Shown here piece by piece: positions 1-9,271 of a stretch of 48,743 nucleotides of DNA. The position numbers and the translations under genes are program-made. The notes beneath the pieces are model-generated. The model worked only from the letters and a program-made list of their open reading frames with translations. It did no database searches and was not told the origin of the DNA. Positions within the stretch are counted from its first letter, which is position 1, and each line of letters starts with the position of its first letter. The stretch is from a virus (lineage: Duplodnaviria > Caudoviricetes): IMG/VR virus record IMGVR_UViG_3300049187_000106, positions 1 to 48,743 of that record; one strand, given 5' to 3'.

Positions 1-79
1 ATTATATAGTTATCTCTGAATAGATAGCGTATGCGTGCGTACAATAAATATAATTATACCAAGATTAAGATAGTTGCAA

Positions 80-1633
80 TTAGAACGGTGCTTGATCATT
101 CTTCTTCTTATTGTATTCATCGCGCACGATAGGAGTTTCATTATCGAATGATTCAATGCTTCCACTCTCGGTAAACTTATTAGGATTGTATGTGGTTTCT
201 TTTGGCACAGGGAATGCCTGCTGTTCCAACCTTAAACTATAATACCTGAGTCGACTCATGTCTGCACCGAGGCGTATATCACCTAATTTACCATCCCTGT
301 GTTTAGCTATAATAGCCTCTCCATGGCCGACTGTAGAAGATCCGTCCTCGTATGTATAAATTTTATAGTACTCTGGCCGGTAAAGGAATATGACCACGTC
401 TGCATCCTGCTCAATAGCGCCTGATTCACGTAAATCTGACAATTGTGGGCGCCTATCTCCCCCTCTGGTCTCAACACTCCGACTCAGCTGAGATAGTGCC
501 ATAACGGGAATATCAAGCTCTTTAGCTAATAACTTCAGGGAGCGTGATATGTTAGCGATTTCCTGCTCACGATTACCCGATATTACATCCGCGCTCATTA
601 ACTGCAGATAGTCGACCACTATCATCGCCAGATTGGGATTTTTCATTTTGTGAGTAATCGCCTTCGCACGGAGCTCTGAGATGGACATATTATTATCTTC
701 AATATGAAGATTATCGTCGTATAGCTTTGCGGACTTATTTTGTAATATCGCAAACTCTTCGACTGTAATTTCTCCTCTTTTGGCTTTTGTAAGGCTAATA
801 TCACTTTCACCGGCGATAAGTCTCATCATTAGACGAACAGCGCTCATTTCGAAGGAAAACACCAATACAGGAAGATTTTGATTAATGATGATATCCCGCA
901 CGGCCGCAGACATTGCAAAGGCCGTCTTTCCCATCCCTGGACGAGCAGCGACAATGATCAGATCCTGTTTTTGCCAGCCAGCTGTCGCATCGTCTATCTC
1001 TGGTATACCAGATGGAACACCAGTGATTCCGGGATTATTCATTGCATGCTCAATCATCGCTAATGCTTCGCGATAATTCGCTTTACCGCCCGTTCCTTTG
1101 CGCATGGATAGCGCTTCCTGTAATTTCATTATTTGTCTTCCAGCTTTATCAAAAAGCTCAAAAATATCTACAGTTTCATCGTATGCATCGCGCTCATTGC
1201 GGGTGCTGATGTCAATAAGTAACCTCCTTATCCACATTTCCATGAGAATCCTCATGTGAGCTTCAATATTGGCCGCAGAATTTACCTTTGAGGTGAGCTC
1301 TGTGACGTAGTAAGCACCGCCAGCCGCTTCAAGATGACCAGACTGACGAAGTTGATTTGTGACCGTTAAAATATCAACTGTCTGGCCCGTTTCGAAGATG
1401 TCTTTGATTGCCTGAAAAATCATCACGTGCCTTTCCAGGTAGAACACACTGGCATTCTGAATCACCTGAATACCGACCAATAATCCACTCCGTTCCAGCA
1501 TCATAGCTCCCAATACTGCCTCTTCCAGATCAATCGCTTGTGGCTGCAACTTTCCTAGACCATCAATGCCAGTCGGCAGCGGTCTTATCAGTTGGTTTTT
1601 TTGTCGTTGTGATCTGCTGTTTCCCTGTTCCAT
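80..1633 (-). CDS. dnaB: Replicative DNA helicase
   Basis: N-terminal PQAIDLEEAVLGAMM, Walker A ARPGMGKT, VVDYLQL, LSQLSR..E.R, SDLRESGAIEQDAD. Confidence 0.97.
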   Translation of the reverse strand: MEQGNSRSQRQKNQLIRPLPTGIDGLGKLQPQAIDLEEAVLGAMMLERSGLLVGIQVIQNASVFYLERHVMIFQAIKDIFETGQTVDILTVTNQLRQSGHLEAAGGAYYVTELTSKVNSAANIEAHMRILMEMWIRRLLIDISTRNERDAYDETVDIFELFDKAGRQIMKLQEALSMRKGTGGKANYREALAMIEHAMNNPGITGVPSGIPEIDDATAGWQKQDLIIVAARPGMGKTAFAMSAAVRDIIINQNLPVLVFSFEMSAVRLMMRLIAGESDISLTKAKRGEITVEEFAILQNKSAKLYDDNLHIEDNNMSISELRAKAITHKMKNPNLAMIVVDYLQLMSADVISGNREQEIANISRSLKLLAKELDIPVMALSQLSRSVETRGGDRRPQLSDLRESGAIEQDADVVIFLYRPEYYKIYTYEDGSSTVGHGEAIIAKHRDGKLGDIRLGADMSRLRYYSLRLEQQAFPVPKETTYNPNKFTESGSIESFDNETPIVRDEYNKKKNDQAPF

Positions 1634-2372
1634 TAATCAAATTTTGCTGTTTGTCCTTGAAAATAAATTCACACCATTTCGCCCAGGAATTGAGCATATG
1701 CTTCGTATCGGAGAACGCTGTGCGATTGTCGGAATGATGTTCATCCCACTTCGACAGCTCCGCATCAATCTCATCAGGGCTTAACCCGTATGTTTTTGCT
1801 TTATCGACCAAAATCCGAGGAAACAACTTCCTCAATACCATCGATGGCGATTCCGTTACAATTTCACCTTCTCCCAAATTCGGTGGTGGTACTTCTTTAC
1901 TTTCATTTATTTTACTTTCATTTACTTTACTTTGTCGATTAATGTCGACATTAAATACCTCTGAACTATCGTTTATGTATACATTATCGCGATTACTGCA
2001 CACATAAACATCTATACGAGGATTTAGCCGTCGCTTCGTAGCTGCTTTGTAGCGTTTCTGTATGCCTGCACTCGTTAGTATCTTATCCGAATCAAACAGG
2101 GTTTTATCAAAAAACTCCCACTTAACTAAGCGATCGACTATCCCGTCAAGCAATTCCGCGCTACATCCAGGCATACGCTTTAAGAGCTTCATTTTCAACA
2201 GATCGTTCCATACAACGAAATATCCATTACGGTATATCGCGCATAACAGCTTCACTGTAGCTAATTCACCCTTAATTCCAAATTCCCCGGCTATCGCCTC
2301 AATCTTCTCATCCTCGAAGAAATCAACATCGAACGAGAAGTAATCTAATCCTTCTTTTAGTGGCGCGCCCAT
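1563..2372 (-). CDS. Phage replication initiator (DUF4373 / Lin1244-like N-terminal domain)
   Basis: GLDYFSFDVDFFEDEKI...LTSAGIQKRY N-terminus, QSKVNESK linker, directly upstream of dnaB. Confidence 0.85.
   Translation of the reverse strand: MGAPLKEGLDYFSFDVDFFEDEKIEAIAGEFGIKGELATVKLLCAIYRNGYFVVWNDLLKMKLLKRMPGCSAELLDGIVDRLVKWEFFDKTLFDSDKILTSAGIQKRYKAATKRRLNPRIDVYVCSNRDNVYINDSSEVFNVDINRQSKVNESKINESKEVPPPNLGEGEIVTESPSMVLRKLFPRILVDKAKTYGLSPDEIDAELSKWDEHHSDNRTAFSDTKHMLNSWAKWCEFIFKDKQQNLINGTGKQQITTTKKPTDKTAADWH
1890..2010. repeat. Candidate replication origin (iteron-like palindromes plus AT-rich repeats) inside the initiator gene
   Basis: TTAATGTCGACATTAA (1939-1954), ATGTATACAT (1975-1984) and a degenerate third copy near 1993-2007, next to TTTACTTTCATTT repeats; lambdoid origins lie mid-initiator. 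Confidence 0.45.
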
Positions 2373-2644
2373 CCCGCAAGCCCTCCCGCGCTATTTATCA
2401 TCACCACGACATCACCATTTTTATTCAATTCCAAATCGATAAGACTCTCACTGCAGCCCATATTGACAATAATCTTTTTAACCTCAGTTTCAGCCCTTCG
2501 TAGTGAATTCTGGAACTTAATCAACTCGTAGAGCATAGGCTCCCAGGGACCATGTAAATCATTTCTGTCGCCTCGGACCACTATGGACCAATCATAGAAA
2601 TCCTTTAATTTTTTTGTCGCTTCTCTGTAATCCTCTATTTTCAT
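2357..2644 (-). CDS. Hypothetical protein
   Basis: 95-aa ORF coupled to neighbours in the minus-strand operon. Confidence 0.7.
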   Translation of the reverse strand: MKIEDYREATKKLKDFYDWSIVVRGDRNDLHGPWEPMLYELIKFQNSLRRAETEVKKIIVNMGCSESLIDLELNKNGDVVVMINSAGGLAGWARH

Positions 2645-2658
2645 GTATCGTCGCTATT

Positions 2659-2844
2659 TTACAATTCATCGGTCAAAATAACCACCTGCGCCGGAGCACG
2701 TACCTCTCCATCCACAAAATCAACTTCTTTCAACTCTACAGCCTCCAACAGGCTAAATCGGTATTCATCGTTAACCTGGCAGATTACTACATCCATAGTA
2801 TCTGGTTTGTCCTTTAATGCTTCTCTTAGTTCTCTTACTGTCAT
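2659..2844 (-). CDS. Hypothetical phage protein (MTVRELREAL-type)
   Basis: Common small phage protein start MTVxELxxxL..P.D. Confidence 0.75.
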   Translation of the reverse strand: MTVRELREALKDKPDTMDVVICQVNDEYRFSLLEAVELKEVDFVDGEVRAPAQVVILTDEL

Positions 2845-2859
2845 ATGTCTTATGTGTCT

Positions 2860-2910
2860 AAAATTTAGTTTTCTATTGGTTCTCTGGGAGGCAAAACATG
2901 ACTAACTTTT
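2860..2910 (-). promoter_or_regulatory. Repeated promoter/leader cassette, copy 1
   Basis: Plus-strand AAATTTAGTTT..GGGAGGCAAAACATGACTAACTTTT closely matches 3294-3341. Confidence 0.55.
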
Positions 2911-3123
2911 TTATTTGGGTTCCGGCATCGGCCGCCAGTACTGAGGGTAATCCTCTTCATATACCATATTCCCATAAAACCCATTAAATATTGTCCATTT
3001 AGTACCATCAGAAACTTCTCTTCTGAATCCAATGGTTACAACCTTAGAATCCATCTGGATCAATACAATCATTCCAAAGGCAGGTTTTTTATCAATAATA
3101 TCTATCCAGCCGGTATCTGTCAT
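2911..3123 (-). CDS. DUF551-like phage protein
   Basis: WIDI.DKKP start and YWRPMPEP end. Confidence 0.75.
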   Translation of the reverse strand: MTDTGWIDIIDKKPAFGMIVLIQMDSKVVTIGFRREVSDGTKWTIFNGFYGNMVYEEDYPQYWRPMPEPK

Positions 3124-3292
3124 GCTTCTTCATCCTCTCCAATAGGTCATAACGCTCCCAATCACATCCAAACAGCACATTATTACTATTCCGGAAGGTG
3201 TGAACGTGATCACCATCCACTATTAGCTTCTTAGCCTGTTCAAAGGTTACTGGCTTCTTTCTTTCCTCTTCTTTCTCTTGTGTTGTTTCCAT
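3092..3292 (-). CDS. Hypothetical protein (likely start METTQ at 3292)
   Basis: ORF downstream of the repeated leader cassette. Confidence 0.55.
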   Translation of the reverse strand: METTQEKEEERKKPVTFEQAKKLIVDGDHVHTFRNSNNVLFGCDWERYDLLERMKKHDRYRLDRYY

Positions 3293-3293
3293 A

Positions 3294-3356
3294 AAATTTA
3301 GTTTGGCTTCCGCTCCGGGAGGCAAAGTATGACTAACTTTTTTTGGTTATGACTAA
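3294..3356 (-). promoter_or_regulatory. Repeated promoter/leader cassette, copy 2, with two TATGACTAA boxes
   Basis: GGGAGGCAAAGTATGACTAACTTTT..TTATGACTAA; 3323-3341 is identical to 33868-33886. Confidence 0.55.
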
Positions 3357-3677
3357 TTATTGTTTATCTAAATACCATGGTATTTCAGTATTATGCACTC
3401 CACGAAAAGGAACCGTTTTCTTTTCGATGAAAACAACAGACCCTTCCTGTATTCCGAAGTTTGATTTCTCAATAAAATATTTATTGGTAGCTTCATAATT
3501 ATCAGGCATCGCTTCTGTGAAGTACCAAAGATCACCATCCTTCCAGGTAGCATTAACCACTCTGTAATTTGGTTTCACTTCGATCGTAACGTTACCACCG
3601 AATCTCTTTGCTCGGGAGTTCTCTGTGCAGGATAACAGCATGGCTGCGACTGCGAGTAATAGTAAATTCTTTTTCAT
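3357..3677 (-). CDS. Phage lipoprotein
   Basis: Signal peptide II with lipobox LLSC. Confidence 0.8.
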   Translation of the reverse strand: MKKNLLLLAVAAMLLSCTENSRAKRFGGNVTIEVKPNYRVVNATWKDGDLWYFTEAMPDNYEATNKYFIEKSNFGIQEGSVVFIEKKTVPFRGVHNTEIPWYLDKQ

Positions 3678-3687
3678 TTTATTTTGT

Positions 3688-3993
3688 TTAAAAAACTATT
3701 TTATAATCATGTTCGTACCACCGAACAATTAGTACGAAACTTAAATCAGACCCATACTTTAAAATTCTAATAAAGAATTTTATATTTTCAGCATCCCGCC
3801 AACTTATGATTTGAAAACATCTTAAATCGTCAATCATTTTTTGAATAAGAATACTTAAATCCTTGATGGACCTGTCATGGAAAATTTGACCGTTTGGAAA
3901 ATAATAACCTATTATATCCTTAATATTTTCCACTATATCCGCATCAATTTCTCTGCGTTTTAAAGGCTGTATTATATATCCAATACTTACCAT
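3688..3993 (-). CDS. Hypothetical protein
   Basis: 101-aa ORF with a stop/start overlap with the upstream gene. Confidence 0.6.
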   Translation of the reverse strand: MVSIGYIIQPLKRREIDADIVENIKDIIGYYFPNGQIFHDRSIKDLSILIQKMIDDLRCFQIISWRDAENIKFFIRILKYGSDLSFVLIVRWYEHDYKIVF

Positions 3994-4202
3994 TATTCCT
4001 CAGCTTGTTTACACTCTTCAATAAAATCTTCACTTTGTTGACACACCTTTCCACATCGCTCACACCACAACTTCGCGTATTCGGCATATCCAACTAACCC
4101 GGATGATAACTGTTCGGGAGTGGCAGGAATATTTTTATGAATAGCACTAGTCCAATCGTGACCGAAAAACCAGCAAATGAATTTAATCCAGGTCTTTTTC
4201 AT
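3993..4202 (-). CDS. Small zinc-finger-like phage protein (DUF1660-like)
   Basis: C.FFGH.W ... CERCG pattern. Confidence 0.7.
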   Translation of the reverse strand: MKKTWIKFICWFFGHDWTSAIHKNIPATPEQLSSGLVGYAEYAKLWCERCGKVCQQSEDFIEECKQAEE

Positions 4203-4658
4203 TCAAGGTTTAGATTTTGATAATTCGTTCCCTTTATAATCAATTACTCTATATCCCTCATTGTCCGTTCCGAGACTAATCCAGGCAGCTGTTTGACTTG
4301 GATATTTCTTAACATCTACCCATTCATTGATACTAGTGTCCCAATATTGAAGGGTTACCAAAGAATTATCTTCCGGCTTTTCTTCTAACTCGTTTTCGGG
4401 ATACTCATGAATACCTAATTCCTTTAGACGTTTCCTGGCATCTTTCAAATCATAAAGAGCACTGTCAACTATCTCTTTTAGTTCAGTAATCTCATCATCT
4501 GTCTCGATTTCTTTTTTCTCCTCTTTAAAACACTTCTCGCAGATGATAATATTTTCATACCACTTCTCAGAAGCCCATCCATCCTGAAGGTCAAAGAACT
4601 CTTTACAATGATCACATCTGCAAGGCTCTTCCATATTACTCGTGTCTATTATTTCCAT
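4203..4658 (-). CDS. Hypothetical protein with CxxC..CxxC zinc finger and coiled coil (likely start 4658)
   Basis: CDHC, CEKC; the longer ORF overlaps the upstream gene. Confidence 0.7.
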   Translation of the reverse strand: MEIIDTSNMEEPCRCDHCKEFFDLQDGWASEKWYENIIICEKCFKEEKKEIETDDEITELKEIVDSALYDLKDARKRLKELGIHEYPENELEEKPEDNSLVTLQYWDTSINEWVDVKKYPSQTAAWISLGTDNEGYRVIDYKGNELSKSKP

Positions 4659-4671
4659 TCGAAAATGTGAT

Positions 4672-4908
4672 TTACTTTCTTCTTCCAGAACGTGACTTAC
4701 TACTACTGAAATAACTCTTCCGGCTTTTCTTCGTGTAGTTATATTTCTTCTGTGTATTGTAAGTAGGTTTGTTCTGATATCCGGTACCACCACCCTGCTG
4801 ATTAGAAGGAGATGTGGTATACTCACGAGTTACAGATTTAGGTGCGTCTTGACGCTTGCCACAAGCAAATACTATAAATGCCAGCAGGATTATACTTATC
4901 GTTTTCAT
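4672..4908 (-). CDS. Small lipoprotein with basic Ser/Arg/Lys tail
   Basis: MKTISIILLAFIVFAC lipobox; C-terminus SRKSYFSSSKSRSGRRK. Confidence 0.7.
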   Translation of the reverse strand: MKTISIILLAFIVFACGKRQDAPKSVTREYTTSPSNQQGGGTGYQNKPTYNTQKKYNYTKKSRKSYFSSSKSRSGRRK

Positions 4909-4913
4909 AGTTT

Positions 4914-5735
4914 TTATACAATTGGAAATTCTCTTACTCTTAAATTCTCCGGCCACTCCTCTGGATCTCCACCTAATCGATCTTTTAAATTCATCTCCTT
5001 TGCTAAATGAGATCCAAGTTGCTTTACAAATACTGATACCTCGCTAAATCTGCATTGATTAATAATAGATTCGATCCAACTAATATTACATGGTCTATAC
5101 TGATGCTTACCAGTAGCGTTCCCACTTTCACCACCTATTATTACCCAATCAATTCCAATAAAAGAATCGCCAGGATCAGCCCATTCTATCGGCCTTCCGT
5201 TATCATAATCTGTAGGAAAGTTATAGCCATCCTTTACTCCTTTATTTGTAATATCCATTGGACCATACAAAGGTTCTATACTTAGAAACTTTATAAACGC
5301 AGGTACATCAAATAATAGAGGTATTCTTTCCTCGGCAGCTTTCTGACAACCCACTGACGTGCCAAGCCACACATTTTTCCACCCTCCATTCCAGTCAACA
5401 GGCAAACATTGTTTAATTCTTTCCGGCCGCTTTGTAAGAATTTGAAAAGTATGCTGAGGAGATCTCCGGATAATATCCCATGCCTCATCACGGAACGAAT
5501 CAATATCCTCATGGAAGAAATCAGTAAGCGATGAAGTAAATATTTTTGATGGCGTTTTCAGTGTTAATGGAAGATTGAAAACTTTTTTAGTTTTTGTCAC
5601 GGTTTTCGCGTCATAACCATAGCGATCTCCCTGCCTGTACATGTAACAGAACTTACAATCTTCGTCTACCTTCGTGCATCCTACCGCAATATTCCAGGTA
5701 GCATCCGTCCACTGTATTTTAGTTTTATTTGCCAT
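4914..5735 (-). CDS. DUF5131 (phage Gp37/Gp68) radical-SAM-like protein
   Basis: TKIQWTDATWN..GCTKV..DCKFCY (CxxxxxxCxxC), QILTKRPER, WVIIGGESG. Confidence 0.92.
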   Translation of the reverse strand: MANKTKIQWTDATWNIAVGCTKVDEDCKFCYMYRQGDRYGYDAKTVTKTKKVFNLPLTLKTPSKIFTSSLTDFFHEDIDSFRDEAWDIIRRSPQHTFQILTKRPERIKQCLPVDWNGGWKNVWLGTSVGCQKAAEERIPLLFDVPAFIKFLSIEPLYGPMDITNKGVKDGYNFPTDYDNGRPIEWADPGDSFIGIDWVIIGGESGNATGKHQYRPCNISWIESIINQCRFSEVSVFVKQLGSHLAKEMNLKDRLGGDPEEWPENLRVREFPIV

Positions 5736-6248
5736 TACTTAATTTTTCAATCTGCTTCATCCCCATTACTATTTTAGTATATCCCTTGTAACCTTTTTCG
5801 AAGTGAAAATTCCCTACACTGAACCCGAACGGAAATCCTATAAGCGTACCAGATCCGTAAATAATAATACTGCGTACCCCCCCCAATTACTGATCCTTTC
5901 CATTATTACCTGTCTCTGAAAAACCTTATTTGTAGGGACCAGAAAAGAAACATTGTCACTTATTTCGAACGACTTTTCGAGGAACTTATCGAAGATGGAG
6001 TATGGTGGATTTCCAATCACCCAATCGACTTTTTTATTATAATCAAAGAAGTCTAACCCCTCCTGTAATTCACAATACTCACTCCCTGCAGGCATTTGAT
6101 TGTAAAACGATCCATCACCTTTGCACGGATCTAATAATTTCCCTGAGGGCTTCAGAAACTTTAATATTCCAGCAGAGACATTCACAGGCGTATACACCAC
6201 ATCTGATGGTACCGGAGTCTTTTCAAACATATAGCCCTGTATTAACAT
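5725..6248 (-). CDS. N6-adenine DNA methyltransferase, frameshifted at a G8 tract (5877-5884); G9 gives 174 aa ending at 5725
   Basis: Motif I LDPCKGDG and motif IV GNPPYS. The -1 frame continues VRSIIIYGSGTLIGFPFGFSVGNFHFEKGYKG... and stops overlapping the next start. Confidence 0.8.
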
Positions 6249-7073
6249 TTCTGCAAAATTTTATCTACCAAATCAATTCTCTTTCCTATCCACTTCATCA
6301 CGAATGTTGTCATGCTATTTCCTATTGCGCAGTAACGATCAGTATCAGTAGCACTTGGAATATTTGTATAGTTATCCGGGAAACCCTGTAATCGCTCACA
6401 CTCCAAAGGAGTAAGACGACGAACTCTGGGACCAAAGATGATCGGTTTATGTCCGTGTGATTGTGCCCTAAAAGTATTTACAACATCATTGGACACGTTC
6501 ATTACACCTCCACCCTGATCATTCAGAACAACTATCGTATTCCTCGTGTTTACTCCGCATTCCCGAAATCCTTGTAACAAGGTTGCAAAATCTGAGGTTT
6601 GAGCACAGTCGTACCCCCCCCCCAATTCCTCCTCCGGCTCCGTCTGATCCGTCAAGGTATACCTTACTTTCCTCGTCATCTGAGAAAGAACTATAAACTC
6701 CGGGGACATTTTCCCAAACGAACCACCGTGGCTGTTTTGCAATAAGAATCCGACAATATTCGAGGGAAAGGTTACCACGCTGGTCACCCAATCCTCCTCT
6801 GAGACCTGCGACTGAGAAAGATTGACAGGGAGTTCCTCCGACAAGAAGGTCAATTGCTGTGTTTTTGAATTTTTCTTTCTCATATACTTTCGTCATGTCT
6901 CCGAGATTTTCCACATCGGGATAATAATGTTTTAGTAACCTGGAAGGAAAATCCAATCCCTTTGAATAATCATTTTCCGGATCATACTGGCTAAACCATT
7001 CGGCCTGCCATCCTAGACCTTCCCATGCTACTGTAGCGGCTTCAATTCCTGAACAAACAGATCCGTAATTCAT
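6242..7073 (-). CDS. C5-cytosine DNA methyltransferase, split at a G10 tract (6614-6623) and lacking motifs VII-VIII
   Basis: Motifs I (CSGIE), IV (GGTPCQSFS) and VI (ENVPG) in 7073-6519. DFATLLQGFRECG, motif IX (RRLTPLECERLQGFPD) and motif X (AIGNS) are in the other frame. Confidence 0.8.
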
Positions 7074-7360
7074 CCCTTTATCATTTGTTCTCTCCACATT
7101 TCCCTCACAGTCTTAGGCTGTGCAAATATTCCTGTTTGTTTTCCGGTAAGAATCTCCGGACTACCTTTTGATTTCTTCTTTTGCTTAGTAGCAAGCTTCC
7201 ACTCCTTTTCAAATTTTACCGCATGTACTGCGATCATCTTACCATCTTTGGGCTTGTCACTAACAAATATTATATGACCATCGGGATCACTCATTAGATA
7301 AGCGATAGGAGGCTTTCCTGACATCTTACCTATGTGTATGAGCTTGTCACCCTTCTTCAT
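7070..7360 (-). CDS. Hypothetical protein
   Basis: 96-aa ORF coupled on both sides. Confidence 0.7.
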   Translation of the reverse strand: MKKGDKLIHIGKMSGKPPIAYLMSDPDGHIIFVSDKPKDGKMIAVHAVKFEKEWKLATKQKKKSKGSPEILTGKQTGIFAQPKTVREMWREQMIKG

Positions 7361-7959
7361 TATTTCTTGTGCTTCTCAAAAGAAATTACCCATACCCAGG
7401 GATTACTATCCCAACTCTCCTGACCATTTACTTCAATCCAGAGTTTCTGAAATCCTTCGTAATAAGACTGAGCAATTATTTCGGTACCACGAACGAAATA
7501 ATAACCGCTATCCTTATCGAAGAAAACTCCTTCACGCTTGCAATCCTCTTCAGATATTTGCTGTACGCGCTCTACTCCTACACCAATATTTTTTAACCAT
7601 ATTCTGGTAGCTACTTTCGGTAGGTGAATACTTGGCTTCCAGTTTTTAGTATCGGGATTCCAATGATTAGCTTTATATATATAGTCACCGGATAATTTTC
7701 TCCATGTTTCACGCACCCAAAGCAAATCCCCTTTCTTACCATACCGACATTTCCACGCTTTATCCTCTCCGGTTAAATCATCCGTTCCGTGCCATCCTTC
7801 CAAAGGAGAATTAACATACATTGGTAACTCCGAATGATTATGCAGTCCCGAATCGTCAGGCTGAGGATTAATTATCCTCCTGGTCTGATCTTTCAGCCCC
7901 TCCTCAATGGACTGAACCATCGGGGTACTAAATAATATTGGATGTTCGGTATTCTTCAT
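7360..7959 (-). CDS. ASCH/PUA-like conserved phage protein
   Basis: PILFSTPMV..I..G.K.QTRR, GDLLWVRETW, WKPSIHLP, WDSNPWVWVISF. Confidence 0.8.
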   Translation of the reverse strand: MKNTEHPILFSTPMVQSIEEGLKDQTRRIINPQPDDSGLHNHSELPMYVNSPLEGWHGTDDLTGEDKAWKCRYGKKGDLLWVRETWRKLSGDYIYKANHWNPDTKNWKPSIHLPKVATRIWLKNIGVGVERVQQISEEDCKREGVFFDKDSGYYFVRGTEIIAQSYYEGFQKLWIEVNGQESWDSNPWVWVISFEKHKK

Positions 7960-8101
7960 AATTTGTTTATAGTAAAAGAGTCGTGTCAGTCTTTACCGAT
8001 GATCAAGTCATCACTATCGTCCGTATGGTTATCCCTCTTTTGTTTTTCGTTCGCGGGCTCCCTTGACCAATTGCAAGCACCATCAGCAGCCACTTGTCGG
8101 C

Positions 8102-8818
8102 TTATAACTCAATAACTGAACATCCCCAATCAGCAAATACTTTGGACTGTTCTCCGAGCAATCTCTTTGCTTCTGACTCTTCTAATTGGTATAACTCAGG
8201 ACTGTCCAGATAGAACTCTACAGTACTGCTGGTAGCTTCACAACAGATGTAAACAGTGAAGTCCAGGCATTCCTCTCCTTCGAATATTGGAGCGTGAAAT
8301 TTTATAGATTCTGGTAGGTATTGAGAAACCTGTTTTTCCAGGAGCATTTTAAGGTTGCCGCGTTGATCCTGATTATCCTGAATTGTAGTTTCAATTTTAG
8401 CCGTGAAATTCAGAAGGGCGGCGATGAGTTTGTTGTATTGATCTTTGATTTTATCCTCGAAGAGGAAAGGATGACGGCGAAGGATCTTAGCCATGTCTCT
8501 ATTGGTGAATTTCTTTTCACCATTGATATTAAATACTTCGAGTATTTTGGCAGGCTTCAGAGACCCTGAAACAATAGTCCTATCAAAGGATCTTTCGTTT
8601 CCATAAAAAGTAATGGTAAGCTTCTTTTTGTCGACCTGCAGATTACAAGTTTTAGGATCAAACTGATCTTTTTTGGTATCGATAAATTTAGCAGGTGCGG
8701 AAAGCGTTCCTGAGATGTTGATATTTACCGGTTCTTTTGGATCGATAGTTTTACCCTGACGGATGATAATCTCATTATTATCCGTGGTGATATTTAAATT
8801 TAATTCTTTCTGTTCCAT
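8102..8818 (-). CDS. Conserved Bacteroidetes-phage hypothetical protein (possibly DUF2303-like)
   Basis: 238-aa ORF, EIIIRQG..P..I.I.GT N-terminus, paired with the next gene. Confidence 0.7.
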   Translation of the reverse strand: MEQKELNLNITTDNNEIIIRQGKTIDPKEPVNINISGTLSAPAKFIDTKKDQFDPKTCNLQVDKKKLTITFYGNERSFDRTIVSGSLKPAKILEVFNINGEKKFTNRDMAKILRRHPFLFEDKIKDQYNKLIAALLNFTAKIETTIQDNQDQRGNLKMLLEKQVSQYLPESIKFHAPIFEGEECLDFTVYICCEATSSTVEFYLDSPELYQLEESEAKRLLGEQSKVFADWGCSVIEL

Positions 8819-9249
8819 TATTGTGCTCTTCTTTCAGATACGAGTGAATTGATATGTAACTGGCGCTCTGCCTTTGTCATTGCTCTGGTTCCTACCAGGG
8901 TACCGGTATTATCGTAAAGTCCCATTAGCTTACTTTCATAATCAGGGAAACAATACACTTTTTCAGTCACCGTCTCTCCTCCAGCGTTGATGCGACTGAT
9001 GTTAAGAGCTAAGGTTTTCTGTAATGGCTTCATTTGTTCTTTCAAAGGAGCAGAAACCTCATCGAGCTTCCTTTTTAGAATTGCCAGTTTTTTAGACTCT
9101 TCCAGATACTCAGTCTCGACCGTTTCGAGTTCTTCATCAGAAAAGGCTTTAACAAACTCCTTTTCCTCCACTCCACAGTTCTCTGATTCGAGCATATCCT
9201 TGATAGCATCGGAATTCAGATCTGTGTCGCCATAAAGTTTAGTTTTCAT
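8818..9249 (-). CDS. Coiled-coil hypothetical protein
   Basis: 143-aa ORF, stop/start coupled. Confidence 0.75.
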   Translation of the reverse strand: MKTKLYGDTDLNSDAIKDMLESENCGVEEKEFVKAFSDEELETVETEYLEESKKLAILKRKLDEVSAPLKEQMKPLQKTLALNISRINAGGETVTEKVYCFPDYESKLMGLYDNTGTLVGTRAMTKAERQLHINSLVSERRAQ

Positions 9250-9271
9250 TTATATATAAATTTTTAGTTGA

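Noticed and set aside
7960-8101. Hammerhead ribozyme (CTGATG...GAAA on the minus strand)
   Set aside because: The core reads CTGATGG rather than CTGANGA, and I could not build the three required stems
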